Assembly (NCBI GenBank): GCA_965227515.1
Contig: CBDDFZ010000001.1
Coordinates: 1,472,001-1,536,000 of the forward strand
DNA length: 64,000 bases
Source of the DNA: Alphaproteobacteria bacterium
GTDB lineage: Bacteria > Pseudomonadota > Alphaproteobacteria > CALKHQ01
Direction of reading: 5' to 3'
In this document: positions 33,401 through 42,496 of the stretch, piece by piece
How the letters are laid out: each line of letters begins with the position of its first letter
Position numbering within the stretch: the first letter of the stretch is position 1
Notes under the pieces: generated by a model
Database searches by the model: none
What the model was told of the DNA's origin: nothing
Seen by the model: only the letters and a program-made list of their open reading frames with translations
Program-made: the position numbers and the translations under genes

Positions 33401-33925
33401 GCTCAACCCCTGCTCGGCCAGCTCGCTGCTCGCGAGCTGGGCAAGGCGCTGTGCCTCATCCTCCCCACCGCTCAGCTTCACGCTGAACAGCACGTCGTTG
33501 GGCCTGACCTCGCCCTGGGTAGGCATCGGCTTGGCGTCGAACTTGTGCTTCTTCAGCACATCGGTGGCGCGCTCCAGCGCCTCGCGGCCCTGCACATGCA
33601 GCAGCCGCTCGTCGTCGCGGCTGGTAAAGTACCAGTTGCCTTGCGGGCCCACCAGCGCGGGCATGCCGGACGGTGCGACCATCACCGAGACATGGTTGTC
33701 GCCGGCGGCGACCTCGATGTGGCGCTGCTCCTCGGACGTGCCCTTCGGCCCCTGGATGCGCAGATGGCAGGCGCCCGGCTCCAGGGTGCCGACATGGCGC
33801 TGCAGGCCCTGGTCGTAGGACAGTTTTCTGTAACGACGTTCGTCGGTGGATTTGTACTCGACCGATGCCGCTACCGGCTCGCCGGTCTGGTTGTGGACGA
33901 TGACAAAGATTCGCGCATTAGACAT
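30479..33925 (-). CDS. Large multidomain S8 (subtilisin-like) serine peptidase
   Basis: Catalytic D (VAVLDLDG), H (DHGTQCAG), oxyanion N (ATGN), S (GGTSHSCP); prodomain-like TDEIVIKFK; C-terminal beta domain; no signal peptide. Confidence 0.9.
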   Translation of the reverse strand: MSNARIFVIVHNQTGEPVAASVEYKSTDERRYRKLSYDQGLQRHVGTLEPGACHLRIQGPKGTSEEQRHIEVAAGDNHVSVMVAPSGMPALVGPQGNWYFTSRDDERLLHVQGREALERATDVLKKHKFDAKPMPTQGEVRPNDVLFSVKLSGGEDEAQRLAQLASSELAEQGLSARVAVPGYVGDDVSFGLTDEIVIKFKPEATPEEIARLAKRHGLEQLRAIAWMGNGFLFRRDGGPSLDMLDLVADLNKDPIVDFAEPNVAQRLQNFAYTPGDYLYAETPHLPLVNADDAWETIETSTTVNRGGSPDIVVAVLDLDGVDPTHADLTGALSDGTAKQFANFDFVTMTNQTLANCGGDHGTQCAGSATGRFDNTGGNCGVAPNCKLIGGGFSPFSTQLQIADIWVWMAGFPTSSTLPGFPAQLTQGADIISNSWGPGFPNATTQTLRDAFDFLTTYPRDGRGVIMVFATGNYGYTLLDTFNPYAFDQKTLAIGASINASPTNPVNSLQADHQGNSNNLPAVVDNRSYISPYGMTVDIVSPSHTCYGPGLPGAGVVDPIMAPARTGLGDWPGNAVTTTTLNAAASAGDTVLSVASTAGFAVGDVVLLAAPGTANAETTAVTAVAAGQLTVTAIVNAHGAGTSVATGPADYAMNAAIGFGGTSHSCPTVAGAAALMLSVQPDLNWIEVRDILRATAVQIDIGQAFATGQWIDLDGDTVVDFSQWYGYGRLDVDAAVTATIGLTNRTDAVVRDNLGDNGAVPSAGWHASSPDIWTRKTDDPIPALAYGAAPPHENPQFGQDNYVFMRVRNNGTAAASTIFLRALITHFPGIEFQYPDDWQPTPQFGGAPSLPLQPGTYLIGEATVSNLAPGADTIVKMTWDEDLVPPQTVTVGGSTVNWHPCLLAEAAPHDGPAIVTGLAYPVKGDNNIAHRNISIDYPAMGGSSGLMSAVVAGTRDVSGVDMVVIDRTALPADVGALVSVLDKAVLKHWVDLVRKGDGIHTVDPLGVDRPKPGSKPETGPDPDDIDFGKHGSCDIMLLSRARLAVRCCDDDVLVIDAPRGTKLRKLCAVTGRGNAADALDVVQVDGRPAIRIDHGVGAIALPYRLARGEWQPVLVGTTSPNTSDRPRGRILVSQIRGDGEVSAGYQFDV

Positions 33926-34170
33926 TGTAAAATCTCCAATCTAAAAATCATTGCAAATATTAGTGCCCATCATCCTACGCCGACGTCTTGGCGTTGTCAT
34001 TACAGTTCGATTTCAGTTTTTTAATTATGTTTCGAGCATCACGGGCACGGCTGCACGCACAACATGATGTGTCTTAATACACGTCCGCACGCTATTGGCG
34101 TGATTGGCAAAAACGGGAATGTGGCCCCGGTTCCCATTCAGCCTGCATCATAGCGACGAGTGTGTCGCGA

Positions 34171-34548
34171 TTAGGTCGGGATCAGGCCCATTTCGCGTTG
34201 CAGCTTTTTCGGCAGGCCGCTGGCAACGATGCGATGGGATTCGGCCAGGTAGAGGCGCAGGTCGTCGTCGCTGAGGCCAGGCGCGTCGTAGTGCTGGATC
34301 CATTTCATGCCGCGTGACGCCAGATAGGGCGCGGGTCGCAGGCCGGGCTGCTCCTGCAGCATCTCGAACGCGATGTCGGAGACCTTGAACGTGATGTGCG
34401 GCTCGGCGCCTTTGCTCCAGCCACCGATGGCGAAGACCTTGTTGCGGTCCGGCGTGCCGACCTTCCACACGTGTGCGCCGCCCCACTGGATCACCCGGAA
34501 CGTCGCCGTCAGCCCGCTGCAGAAGGCGTCGTACTCGTCATAGGTCAA
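34171..34548 (-). CDS. MmcQ/YjbR family protein
   Basis: WGGAHVWKVG..KVFA, PGLRPAPYLA, ESHRIVASGLPKK. Confidence 0.85.
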   Translation of the reverse strand: MTYDEYDAFCSGLTATFRVIQWGGAHVWKVGTPDRNKVFAIGGWSKGAEPHITFKVSDIAFEMLQEQPGLRPAPYLASRGMKWIQHYDAPGLSDDDLRLYLAESHRIVASGLPKKLQREMGLIPT

Positions 34549-34592
34549 GGGCTTCTCCCCGCAAGGCCGACCAATGACGAGGCGAACGGAGT

Positions 34593-35159
34593 CTACTCCG
34601 GAACCCTCAGCCCTGGCTCTCGGGTCATGAAGATGGACCGCAACGGTGGAATGCCAATCACCGCGTCGCCTGCTGCGTTGAAGTACTCGATCTCATAGCC
34701 GTCGCCCGCTCGAAAATAGGCCTGGCATACCATTCCGAACATCTGGGCCATTTCCATCATTTGACCTTCCAACGTGGACATCAGGACCTCGTCCATGGGC
34801 TCGGCCGAATAGAGTTCGAACGAGATATCGGTCGCGTCGCTGCAGGCGAGGCCATTCTCGATCGTCCCGCGATCAACCAGCATGCCGATCAACTCGGGCG
34901 ACTCGTTGATCAGGAAACTGGCCGTTGCCACATAGGTGTCGCCGGCGACTAGGGTTCGGGCGAGCATGTCGCAGGTATCCGAGTTGACATCGTAGTTGGT
35001 GCATTCCAACGCGTTGTCACCGGCGGTCTGGATGACCTCGACCACCGGGACGAATTCGCGTTCGGCCTGGGCATCCTCCAGGTCGCTGGCGTTGGCTGCT
35101 CCGCCGGTCAGTAGGAGTGACAGGCCGATCGTCGAGAGTAGGCGCGCAAGTTTCGGCAT
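34593..35159 (-). CDS. Secreted acidic hypothetical protein (4 Cys)
   Basis: ATG after AGGAG; signal peptide ending ANA-S. Confidence 0.7.
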   Translation of the reverse strand: MPKLARLLSTIGLSLLLTGGAANASDLEDAQAEREFVPVVEVIQTAGDNALECTNYDVNSDTCDMLARTLVAGDTYVATASFLINESPELIGMLVDRGTIENGLACSDATDISFELYSAEPMDEVLMSTLEGQMMEMAQMFGMVCQAYFRAGDGYEIEYFNAAGDAVIGIPPLRSIFMTREPGLRVPE

Positions 35160-35355
35160 GGGGGCGGGCTCCTGGCGAGAGGGTGGCGGGCCGAATAGGC
35201 ACCAATTGTAGGGGGGCCGCCGCATCGCGTCCACGTGCGCTGCCACCGCCCCCTTTCGCAACCGCAGCAACCGATGGTAAAGGTCGGGTGGCCGCCGGGT
35301 CCGGTGGCCGTGCATCCCGGGGTCTCCCCGGGGCCTGCCTGGAGCCTGCCTGCAC

Positions 35356-35865
35356 TTGCCGAAGCCCATCGTCCTCTATGTCCGCGTCATCGACCGCATC
35401 AACCGCTGGTTCGGGCTGCTGGCGATGTACCTGATCTTCGCGATGATCGCGGTGCTGTTCTATTCCTCGATCACCAAGGTCTTCTTCACCCAGCCGCTGT
35501 GGTACCTGGAGATCGCCCAGTTCCTGATGGTGGCCTATTTCCTGCTGGGCGGCGGCTATGCGCTGCAGAAGGATGCGCACGTACGCATGGACCTGGCCTA
35601 TGCCCGCTGGTCGCCGCGCACCAAGGCGGCGGTCGACGCCGTCATGGTCCTGCTGCTGCTGTTCTATCTGGTGATGCTGGCCTGGGGCGCCTATGGCAGC
35701 ACCGAGTACGCGCTGCTCTACGGCGAGACCTCCAACTCCGCCTGGCGGCCGAAGATGTGGCCGGTGAAGCTGGTGATGTGCCTGGGCATCGTGCTGGTCA
35801 TCCTGCAGACCGTCGCCCTGTTCTTCCGCGACCTGGGCACGGCCATCGGCCGCCCCATCGACTGA
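35356..35865 (+). CDS. dctQ: TRAP transporter small permease
   Basis: 4 TM, HVRMDL motif; TTG start. Confidence 0.9.
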   Translation: MPKPIVLYVRVIDRINRWFGLLAMYLIFAMIAVLFYSSITKVFFTQPLWYLEIAQFLMVAYFLLGGGYALQKDAHVRMDLAYARWSPRTKAAVDAVMVLLLLFYLVMLAWGAYGSTEYALLYGETSNSAWRPKMWPVKLVMCLGIVLVILQTVALFFRDLGTAIGRPID

Positions 35866-35887
35866 CGCTGCCAAGGCTTCCGACAGC

Positions 35888-37213
35888 ATGATCGACCAGT
35901 TTGCCGCCCTGCTGATGTTCGCGACCATGCTGGTCCTGTTGCTGACCGGCAAGCGCGTGTTCGGGGCCATCGGCTTCGTCGGTGTGGCTGCGGCGCTGTT
36001 CCTGCGCGACCGCCCGGACGTCGATGCCGCGTTCTCCGCCACCATGAAGTTGATGGACTGGTACCCGCTGCTGACGCTGCCGCTGTTCATCTACATGGGC
36101 TTCGTGCTGGCCGAAAGTGGGGTCGCGGACGACCTCTACCGCATGTTCCACGTCCTGTTCGGCGGGCTGAAGGGCGGGCTGGCGGTCGGCACCATCCTGC
36201 TGATGGTGGTGATCTCGGCGATGAACGGGCTGTCGGTCGCCGGCATGGCCATCGGCGCCACCATCGCACTGCCCGAGCTGCTGAAGCGCGGCTACGACAA
36301 GATCATGGTCACCGGCGTCATCCAGGCGGGCAGTTCGCTCGGAATCCTGGTGCCGCCCAGCGTGGTGCTGGTGCTCTATGCCATGATTGCGCGGGTCTCC
36401 GTCCTCGACCTGTGGCTGGCCGGGGCGACGCCAGGCCTGATGATGGCGGCCCTGTTCATCGTCTACATCGTCATCCGCTGCCAGCTTCAGCCCAACTTGG
36501 GCCCGCCGCTGAGCGAAGAACGCCGCGAGGCGCTGAGCGGGCGCGACAAGTTCCAGATGGTGCTGTCGGGGGCAGCCCCCTTCTTCATCTTCGTGCTGAT
36601 GATCGTGCCGTTCGTGTCAGGCGTCACCAGCCTGGTCGAAAGCTCCGGCGTCGGCGCGGTGGCCTCGACGTTGGTCGCGCTCGCCAAGCGGCGGCTGACC
36701 TTCAAGATCATGCACGTCACCGTCGAGAAGACGCTGAACATCAGCTGCATGTTCATGTGGATCATCATGGCCGCACTCTGCTTCAGCGCGGTGTTCGATG
36801 CCATCGGTGCGGTCGACGTGGTGGACGCCCTGTTCCGCCAGAACCTGGAGATGTCGCCCTGGACCATCCTGATCCTGATGCAGCTCACCTATCTGGTCAT
36901 GGGCATGTTCCTGGACGACACCGCCATGCTGGTGATCGTCGCCCCGCTCTATGTGCCGCTGGTCCAGCTGCTGGGCTTTGATCCGATCTGGTACGGCGTG
37001 CTTTACACCATCACCTGCCAGGTCGCGTATATGACGCCGCCGTTCGGATACAACCTGTTCCTGATGCGCGCGATGGCGCCGCCGGAGATCTCGCTCGGCG
37101 ACATCTACCGCTCCATCGTGCCGTTCGTGGCGGTGATGATCCTGGGGCTGGCGCTGGTGATGGCGTTCCCCGACATCGCCATGTGGCTGCCGGATTCGCT
37201 GAATAGTGAGTAG
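35888..37213 (+). CDS. dctM: TRAP transporter large permease
   Basis: LGILVPPS, TPPFGYNLF; many TM segments. Confidence 0.93.
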   Translation: MIDQFAALLMFATMLVLLLTGKRVFGAIGFVGVAAALFLRDRPDVDAAFSATMKLMDWYPLLTLPLFIYMGFVLAESGVADDLYRMFHVLFGGLKGGLAVGTILLMVVISAMNGLSVAGMAIGATIALPELLKRGYDKIMVTGVIQAGSSLGILVPPSVVLVLYAMIARVSVLDLWLAGATPGLMMAALFIVYIVIRCQLQPNLGPPLSEERREALSGRDKFQMVLSGAAPFFIFVLMIVPFVSGVTSLVESSGVGAVASTLVALAKRRLTFKIMHVTVEKTLNISCMFMWIIMAALCFSAVFDAIGAVDVVDALFRQNLEMSPWTILILMQLTYLVMGMFLDDTAMLVIVAPLYVPLVQLLGFDPIWYGVLYTITCQVAYMTPPFGYNLFLMRAMAPPEISLGDIYRSIVPFVAVMILGLALVMAFPDIAMWLPDSLNSE

Positions 37214-37329
37214 GTGCTGCCGAGCCGGGGCCAGCGGGGGCTCGATCTTTGCAGGTGCGAGAAGTCGGCTATGGCGCGGATGCGCCGGCCACGTCACAAT
37301 GACCCGATAATCAAGAGGGAGAAGTTCAC

Positions 37330-38400
37330 ATGACCAAGCAGACCAAGCAGCCGCAACGCCGGCGATTTCTGAAGAACGCCGGTGTCGCGACCGCGGCCGG
37401 CGTCGGTGCGGCCACCATCGGTGCGCCCTACGTCAAGGCGCAGTCGGCGCCGATCAAGTGGCGGTTGCAGACCTATGCCGGCCCGGCGCTGGCCGAGCAC
37501 GTGATCAAGCCGTCCATCGACAGCTTCAACAAGATCGCCAATGGCGAGATGGAGATCGAGCTCTTCTTCGCCGACCAGTTGGTGCCGACCAGCGAGCTGT
37601 TCCGCGCTGTGCAGTCGGGCACGATCGACGCGGTGCAGTCCGACGACGACTCCATGGCGGCCCCGGTCGACATCGCCGTGTTCGGCGGCTACTTCCCGTT
37701 CGCCACCCGCTACAGCCTGGACGTGCCGGTGCTGTTCCACCAGTACGGCCTGGGCGAGATCTGGGACGAGGCGTACAGCGAAGTCGGCGTCAAGTGGCTC
37801 AGCGCTGGCGCCTGGGACCCGTGCCACTTCAACACCGTCGACCCGATCCGCACCCTTTCGGACCTGGAAGGTAAGCGCGTCTTCACCTTTCCCACCGCCG
37901 GCCGCTTCCTGTCGCAGTTCGGCGTGGTGCCGGTGACCCTGCCGTGGGAAGACATCGAGATCGCGGTGCAGACCGGCGAGCTCGACGGCATCGCGTGGTC
38001 CGGCATCACCGAGGACTACACCGTCGGCTGGGCTGACGTGACCAACTACTTCCTCACCAACAACATCTCCGGTGCGTGGTGCGGCTCGTACTTCGCCAAC
38101 GAGGAGCGCTGGGCGGAGCTGCCCGAGCACCTGCAGGAGCTGTTCAAGGTGTGCATGGACAGCTCGCACTACTATCGCCAGCACTGGTATTGGGGCGGCG
38201 AGGCGCATCTGCGCACCCAGGGCACCAAGCTGGAGCTGACCTCGATTCCGGACAGCGAGTGGGCCGAGGTCGAGGCCGCGGCCGGCGCGTTCTGGGACGA
38301 GATCGCCGAGATCAGCGAGCGCACCGCGCGGGTGATCGACATCTATAAGCAGTACAACGCGGTGATGGCGTCGGCCGGCCGTCCGTACCGCTATACCTGA
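37330..38400 (+). CDS. dctP: TRAP substrate-binding protein (Tat signal)
   Basis: RRRFLK Tat motif, WRLQT, AVQTGELDG. Confidence 0.92.
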   Translation: MTKQTKQPQRRRFLKNAGVATAAGVGAATIGAPYVKAQSAPIKWRLQTYAGPALAEHVIKPSIDSFNKIANGEMEIELFFADQLVPTSELFRAVQSGTIDAVQSDDDSMAAPVDIAVFGGYFPFATRYSLDVPVLFHQYGLGEIWDEAYSEVGVKWLSAGAWDPCHFNTVDPIRTLSDLEGKRVFTFPTAGRFLSQFGVVPVTLPWEDIEIAVQTGELDGIAWSGITEDYTVGWADVTNYFLTNNISGAWCGSYFANEERWAELPEHLQELFKVCMDSSHYYRQHWYWGGEAHLRTQGTKLELTSIPDSEWAEVEAAAGAFWDEIAEISERTARVIDIYKQYNAVMASAGRPYRYT

Positions 38401-38413
38401 TCGGTGACATTGG

Positions 38414-38441
38414 GGCCGGGCTGCCACCGTGCGGCCCGGCC
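38414..38441. terminator. Hairpin after dctP
   Basis: GGCCGGGCTGC-CACCGT-GCGGCCCGGCC between convergent genes. Confidence 0.45.
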
Positions 38442-38517
38442 AAACTTTCCGCTTGTTTGGGGTGTCGCATCAAGTGACACCCAGTTGTCGTTTCACTGCA
38501 GCCGCACTTCGCACTCT

Positions 38518-40716
38518 TTAGCTAAAGTCGAAATCACTTTGGCTCAGATCGTTTGCGTCATAGTCGACGAGCGTGATGGTGAATCCTGGCGCATACTCAA
38601 TCAAAACATCAGTGCCGACCTGAGAGATGGTCAAGTCGGAAAAATCTGCCGCGTAGTTCTCTATGACAATCATATCCTGACTAGAATAATCAAGGATCGT
38701 GTCAGCCTGCGGGTCATACTCAAAGGCTGTTGCGAACACGAAGTCGTCGGCACCCGCTCCACCGACCAGAATGTCGTCGTCAGCGCCACCAATGATTGTA
38801 TCGGACCCCGCCCCGCCATTGATTTGGTCGGCACCGAAACCGCCATCGAGGATATCGGCCCCGCGACCGCCATCGATGTAGTCACTTCCCGCGTCACCGC
38901 TGATGATATCGGCCCCGCGACCACCATCGATCAGGTCATTGCCGTTGCCGCCTTGAATGGCGTCGCTGCCGCGCCCGCCGGAGATGATATCAGCGCCGCC
39001 ACCGCCGTAGATCACATCGTCGCCACGGCCACCGCTCAGCATATCGTCGCCATAGCCGCCGATTATGACGTCGCTGCCCCTGCCGCCGTCGAGTATGTCG
39101 TCGCCATCGCCGCCAACCAGGGTATCGCTGCCATTGCCGGCATCGATCACAATCGGTGGTTCACCGCTAAAGTCGCCCAGGCCCAATATGAGGTCGGTGG
39201 GATCGAACCACGTGATGTCCTGCGCATCATGGTCGATGAGGTTGGAAACGACCTGGCCATCAACGACCTCTTGCCAATAGTACTGCCCAGCCGAATATGA
39301 CACCGTGTGCGAGGACCCCTCGCAAATGAAGGTATCGACATATGCAATTTCGGCAACCGCAAGCTGCCAATTGCCCTCAAAAACCTCAAAATGCAGATGC
39401 GGGGTGCCCGCCGCGCCTGTTTCGCCGACTTCGCCAATCTTCACATCGGTGCCATCTACAATGGCCCCAGCGACGATACCCGGCTCAATGGAGTCCAAAT
39501 GGGCATAGAGCGAATAGATCAGGCGGTCGTCTGCGAGCAGATGTTCGATGACAACCAGATTTCCAAACGCGGTGTCGAAATTCAGCGCCGGTCCGTAGTG
39601 CGGTCCGGCATAAACAACCTTACCGTTCGAAGCCGCGAAAACCGATTGACCGAGATCGTCATAAGGATCATTCGCATCATAGGGGGCTGCGTTGAAATTC
39701 CAGTCTTCACCGAGATGAAAGGCATCATTGAGTGGCGCACCGAGATCGGAAAATACGTACCAGCCGTCCTCGTCGTATTGATCTTCAGTTGCCAGGACGC
39801 CATCGCGCTCGCCAACCGGCAAAGCAAAACCGGTGCTTAGCGGCGTTTCGGGCTCAAAAGTGTACTGTGCGGTGACTGTGTAAATATCAATTGTATTACC
39901 AGGGCCAATTATTTGGCCAACCAGGGTGATTTCGTCGCCATCGACGATAATATCGTGCGCGTAGTCGGTGTAGCCAGAGGGAAGCTCAATCGTCTGGGTC
40001 AGATCGAAATTCAATCCATCTATCGAAGTGGCAATATACTCCGCACCATCGAATGACACAACGCCAATGATTTTGCCGCCAACCACGGTGGCCGAGTGCA
40101 GGCCGGACCCAGCCGCGTCATTGAATTCTACAAGTTGGTCATCGTAGAATTCAATGCCGTCGTCCGACACCGCGCGATACAATACGCTGGGTGCGTTGTT
40201 GTTCTGGTCATAATAATACGCAATGTATTGATCATCCAGTTTGACAACCTCAACAATCGAAGCGCCTTCGCGCGGCCCGTCCTGTACGCGAATCGGTTCT
40301 TGGACGATCGACCAATTCACGCCATCCGTCGAGGTCGCATAGCCAAACCCATATGTATTGCCTGGATCGGTCGACAAGTTGGTGTCACGGCCATGGAACC
40401 ACATCTTGAACTCACCGTCTTCATACATGACGGTTTCTGGGTAGATTCGAAAAGAGGCCCAAGCTGGTGCATCGGTTCGGTCGATCACGGGATCATCAGA
40501 GACCCGCGTATAGTTGACGCCATCTGTCGATGTGGCGAGCCCAATACTGTGAAAATTGTTACCGTTCAGGCCCGCGTAATATAGATATTGTGTACCGTCC
40601 ACCTCCACAAGCGTGGGGTAGCGCACCTGCTGCCCGTCGAATCCGGTGCCGTCATTCGCCAGGATCTGCGTCAATCCAGAGAAGATAATGTTATCAAGCG
40701 ACATTTTCGCCCCCAT
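38518..40716 (-). CDS. Glycoside-hydrolase-like beta-propeller + M23 peptidase + RTX calcium-binding repeats
   Basis: Repeated ATSTDGVNW-type blades; HLGED, YAHL, PHLHFE; about 11 GGxGxD nonapeptides; visibly more AT-rich. Confidence 0.85.
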   Translation of the reverse strand: MGAKMSLDNIIFSGLTQILANDGTGFDGQQVRYPTLVEVDGTQYLYYAGLNGNNFHSIGLATSTDGVNYTRVSDDPVIDRTDAPAWASFRIYPETVMYEDGEFKMWFHGRDTNLSTDPGNTYGFGYATSTDGVNWSIVQEPIRVQDGPREGASIVEVVKLDDQYIAYYYDQNNNAPSVLYRAVSDDGIEFYDDQLVEFNDAAGSGLHSATVVGGKIIGVVSFDGAEYIATSIDGLNFDLTQTIELPSGYTDYAHDIIVDGDEITLVGQIIGPGNTIDIYTVTAQYTFEPETPLSTGFALPVGERDGVLATEDQYDEDGWYVFSDLGAPLNDAFHLGEDWNFNAAPYDANDPYDDLGQSVFAASNGKVVYAGPHYGPALNFDTAFGNLVVIEHLLADDRLIYSLYAHLDSIEPGIVAGAIVDGTDVKIGEVGETGAAGTPHLHFEVFEGNWQLAVAEIAYVDTFICEGSSHTVSYSAGQYYWQEVVDGQVVSNLIDHDAQDITWFDPTDLILGLGDFSGEPPIVIDAGNGSDTLVGGDGDDILDGGRGSDVIIGGYGDDMLSGGRGDDVIYGGGGADIISGGRGSDAIQGGNGNDLIDGGRGADIISGDAGSDYIDGGRGADILDGGFGADQINGGAGSDTIIGGADDDILVGGAGADDFVFATAFEYDPQADTILDYSSQDMIVIENYAADFSDLTISQVGTDVLIEYAPGFTITLVDYDANDLSQSDFDFS

Positions 40717-40849
40717 AGGTATATAAAATCAGCCTGTTTGGGGTTAGGATAGTTGTGGAAATTATGATGTGTCAATCTAATAGTCGTAGAAAATGACTTA
40801 GATTCTAACATGACAGGCAAATTGATTGTGAGTCGGTTCTCTATAGCGG

Positions 40850-40890
40850 AAAAAAGTAACCCGGCGGGTCAAACCGCCGGGTTCTTTATT
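40850..40890. terminator. Bidirectional-type intrinsic terminator
   Basis: A tract, AACCCGGCGG-GTCAAA-CCGCCGGGTT, T-rich tail. Confidence 0.75.
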
Positions 40891-40923
40891 CGCCGCTGTT
40901 TCTGCGGGGCTGGAATGCGGCCG

Positions 40924-42282
40924 CTATGCGCACGTCAGGGCGAAGTTGCTCGACATCAGCCGGACGTAGGCAATCGGTGCATCAAGCGCGACCTTCAAGA
41001 ACTCGATAAGCGCATTGGCCGCTTTCTGGAATGTTTGAAATGCAGCCTGGCCGACCTTTGCCGCTTCCGTAAGTGCGACATCGCCGACTGACGGCGCCGT
41101 GCCGCCACCGGGCAGCGCGTTCGCAACCAACGCCTGCAGTACCGCGGCTGCTGACGTTCCGAATTGGGTGCCGGCGTCGAGCAACGACTGCAACAAATCG
41201 TTCAGCGCCTTCAAACCCGAAGGCCCGAGCAAACTGTCGAAGCCAGACCGCAACTCGTAGCGAAAGTCGACCTGGTGGTCGCCGGCACTGAGGGGCAACG
41301 ACATCGAAGCCTGCGACGAGTCGAGCGGACGGCTCTTGCACAACGGGTCGTTCAGGCGTTCCGGCGCCACCAGCAACGGCGCCTTGGCAGGTGCATTGCC
41401 GGGATTCGCCGGGTCGGCCGGCGCCGGTTGTGTGGCGGCCGGCTTCTTCAGGCGGGCGCGTTCCGCGGCATTGGGAACCGTGAGGTCGGGCTTCGATTCA
41501 CCATCGACCAACGCCTTGACCTTGAAATCGTAGAGCCCCTGGCCGGAGACAAACGCCTTCCACTGGTGCACGTGCTTGATCGTCACCGAGCCCGCGCTCG
41601 CCAAACTGAACGGCAGCGTTACGCGCCCGAACAGCACCGTTCGGTTGGGATCGCCGAAAATGATGTCCCTTATCCGATCGGACACGTTGCGGATCTGATT
41701 GACCAGCGCGACGCTTCCGCCAGTCGAGACGGTGGCAGCGGCACCGGTCACGATATTGGAAATCGTTGTGCTGATGTTCGACAACTCGGTGAAGGTCTCG
41801 ATCTTGGTATATGCAGACGCCTCGTCGACATTGGGCTGATACTCCTTGTCGGCAAGCTTGCCGGTCTCGGCGTAGCGCCACTCTATCCTGGGCGCCAGTT
41901 TCGGCCTTGGTGTGCCATCGCACTCCTTCGCGATCGGGCTGTTGTCCTTTTTGCGCAATGCCAGATCGCCGGACACCGTCGGCGGGCCATCGCAGCTGAG
42001 ACAGCCTGTCGGGTTGCCGCGACCGTCGCGGCCGATGCCATCGTCCGGCACCGGCACATCGCCGCCGCCAATACGCGGATCGTCTATGAAATTGCCGTCC
42101 GGGCAATGGTGAAAATCGCCTTTGCCGCGCCAACCGTCGAGAACGTCGCCGAGCCAGTGCAATGCGCCCTCGGGCCCGTCGAACTCCGGCGGGCTGATGA
42201 CCGGCGGCCGATGCGGTGACAAGTCAACGCGCTCCTTCACAGTCTGCGGTGGCAGTGTCGTTGTGGTCTGGTGGCCTTTCAT
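40924..42282 (-). CDS. Orphan hypothetical protein
   Basis: 452-aa ORF with GGAG RBS and downstream terminator; no motif recognised. Confidence 0.7.
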   Translation of the reverse strand: MKGHQTTTTLPPQTVKERVDLSPHRPPVISPPEFDGPEGALHWLGDVLDGWRGKGDFHHCPDGNFIDDPRIGGGDVPVPDDGIGRDGRGNPTGCLSCDGPPTVSGDLALRKKDNSPIAKECDGTPRPKLAPRIEWRYAETGKLADKEYQPNVDEASAYTKIETFTELSNISTTISNIVTGAAATVSTGGSVALVNQIRNVSDRIRDIIFGDPNRTVLFGRVTLPFSLASAGSVTIKHVHQWKAFVSGQGLYDFKVKALVDGESKPDLTVPNAAERARLKKPAATQPAPADPANPGNAPAKAPLLVAPERLNDPLCKSRPLDSSQASMSLPLSAGDHQVDFRYELRSGFDSLLGPSGLKALNDLLQSLLDAGTQFGTSAAAVLQALVANALPGGGTAPSVGDVALTEAAKVGQAAFQTFQKAANALIEFLKVALDAPIAYVRLMSSNFALTCA

Positions 42283-42400
42283 GATGATCTCCGTCGTCGG
42301 GGTGAAGACAAAGTCGGTGCAGACCCAAGACGCTAATGCCTCTGGCGGCGTCTTGATGGGCGACTTACCCTCGGCCCGGCGCGGTTGGATGCATGGCGAC

Positions 42401-42416
42401 TGTGACGTCAGTCACA
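42401..42416. promoter_or_regulatory. CRP-type binding box
   Basis: TGTGA-CGTCAG-TCACA, exact TGTGA-N6-TCACA, between divergent genes. Confidence 0.55.
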
Positions 42417-42496
42417 AAGCGAGGCGTATTCCATAACGGGCGCGCTGACGTTAGGTTTTGACCCAACGAGAAAGCAGCCGTCATGGAGAGGGGAAC

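Noticed and set aside
35200-35355. Hairpins upstream of the TRAP operon as a possible riboswitch
   Set aside because: No conserved aptamer motif recognised; GC-rich stems are expected by chance
38760-39150. 27-bp periodic repeats resembling an array
   Set aside because: They encode RTX nonapeptides; no spacers or cas genes, so not CRISPR
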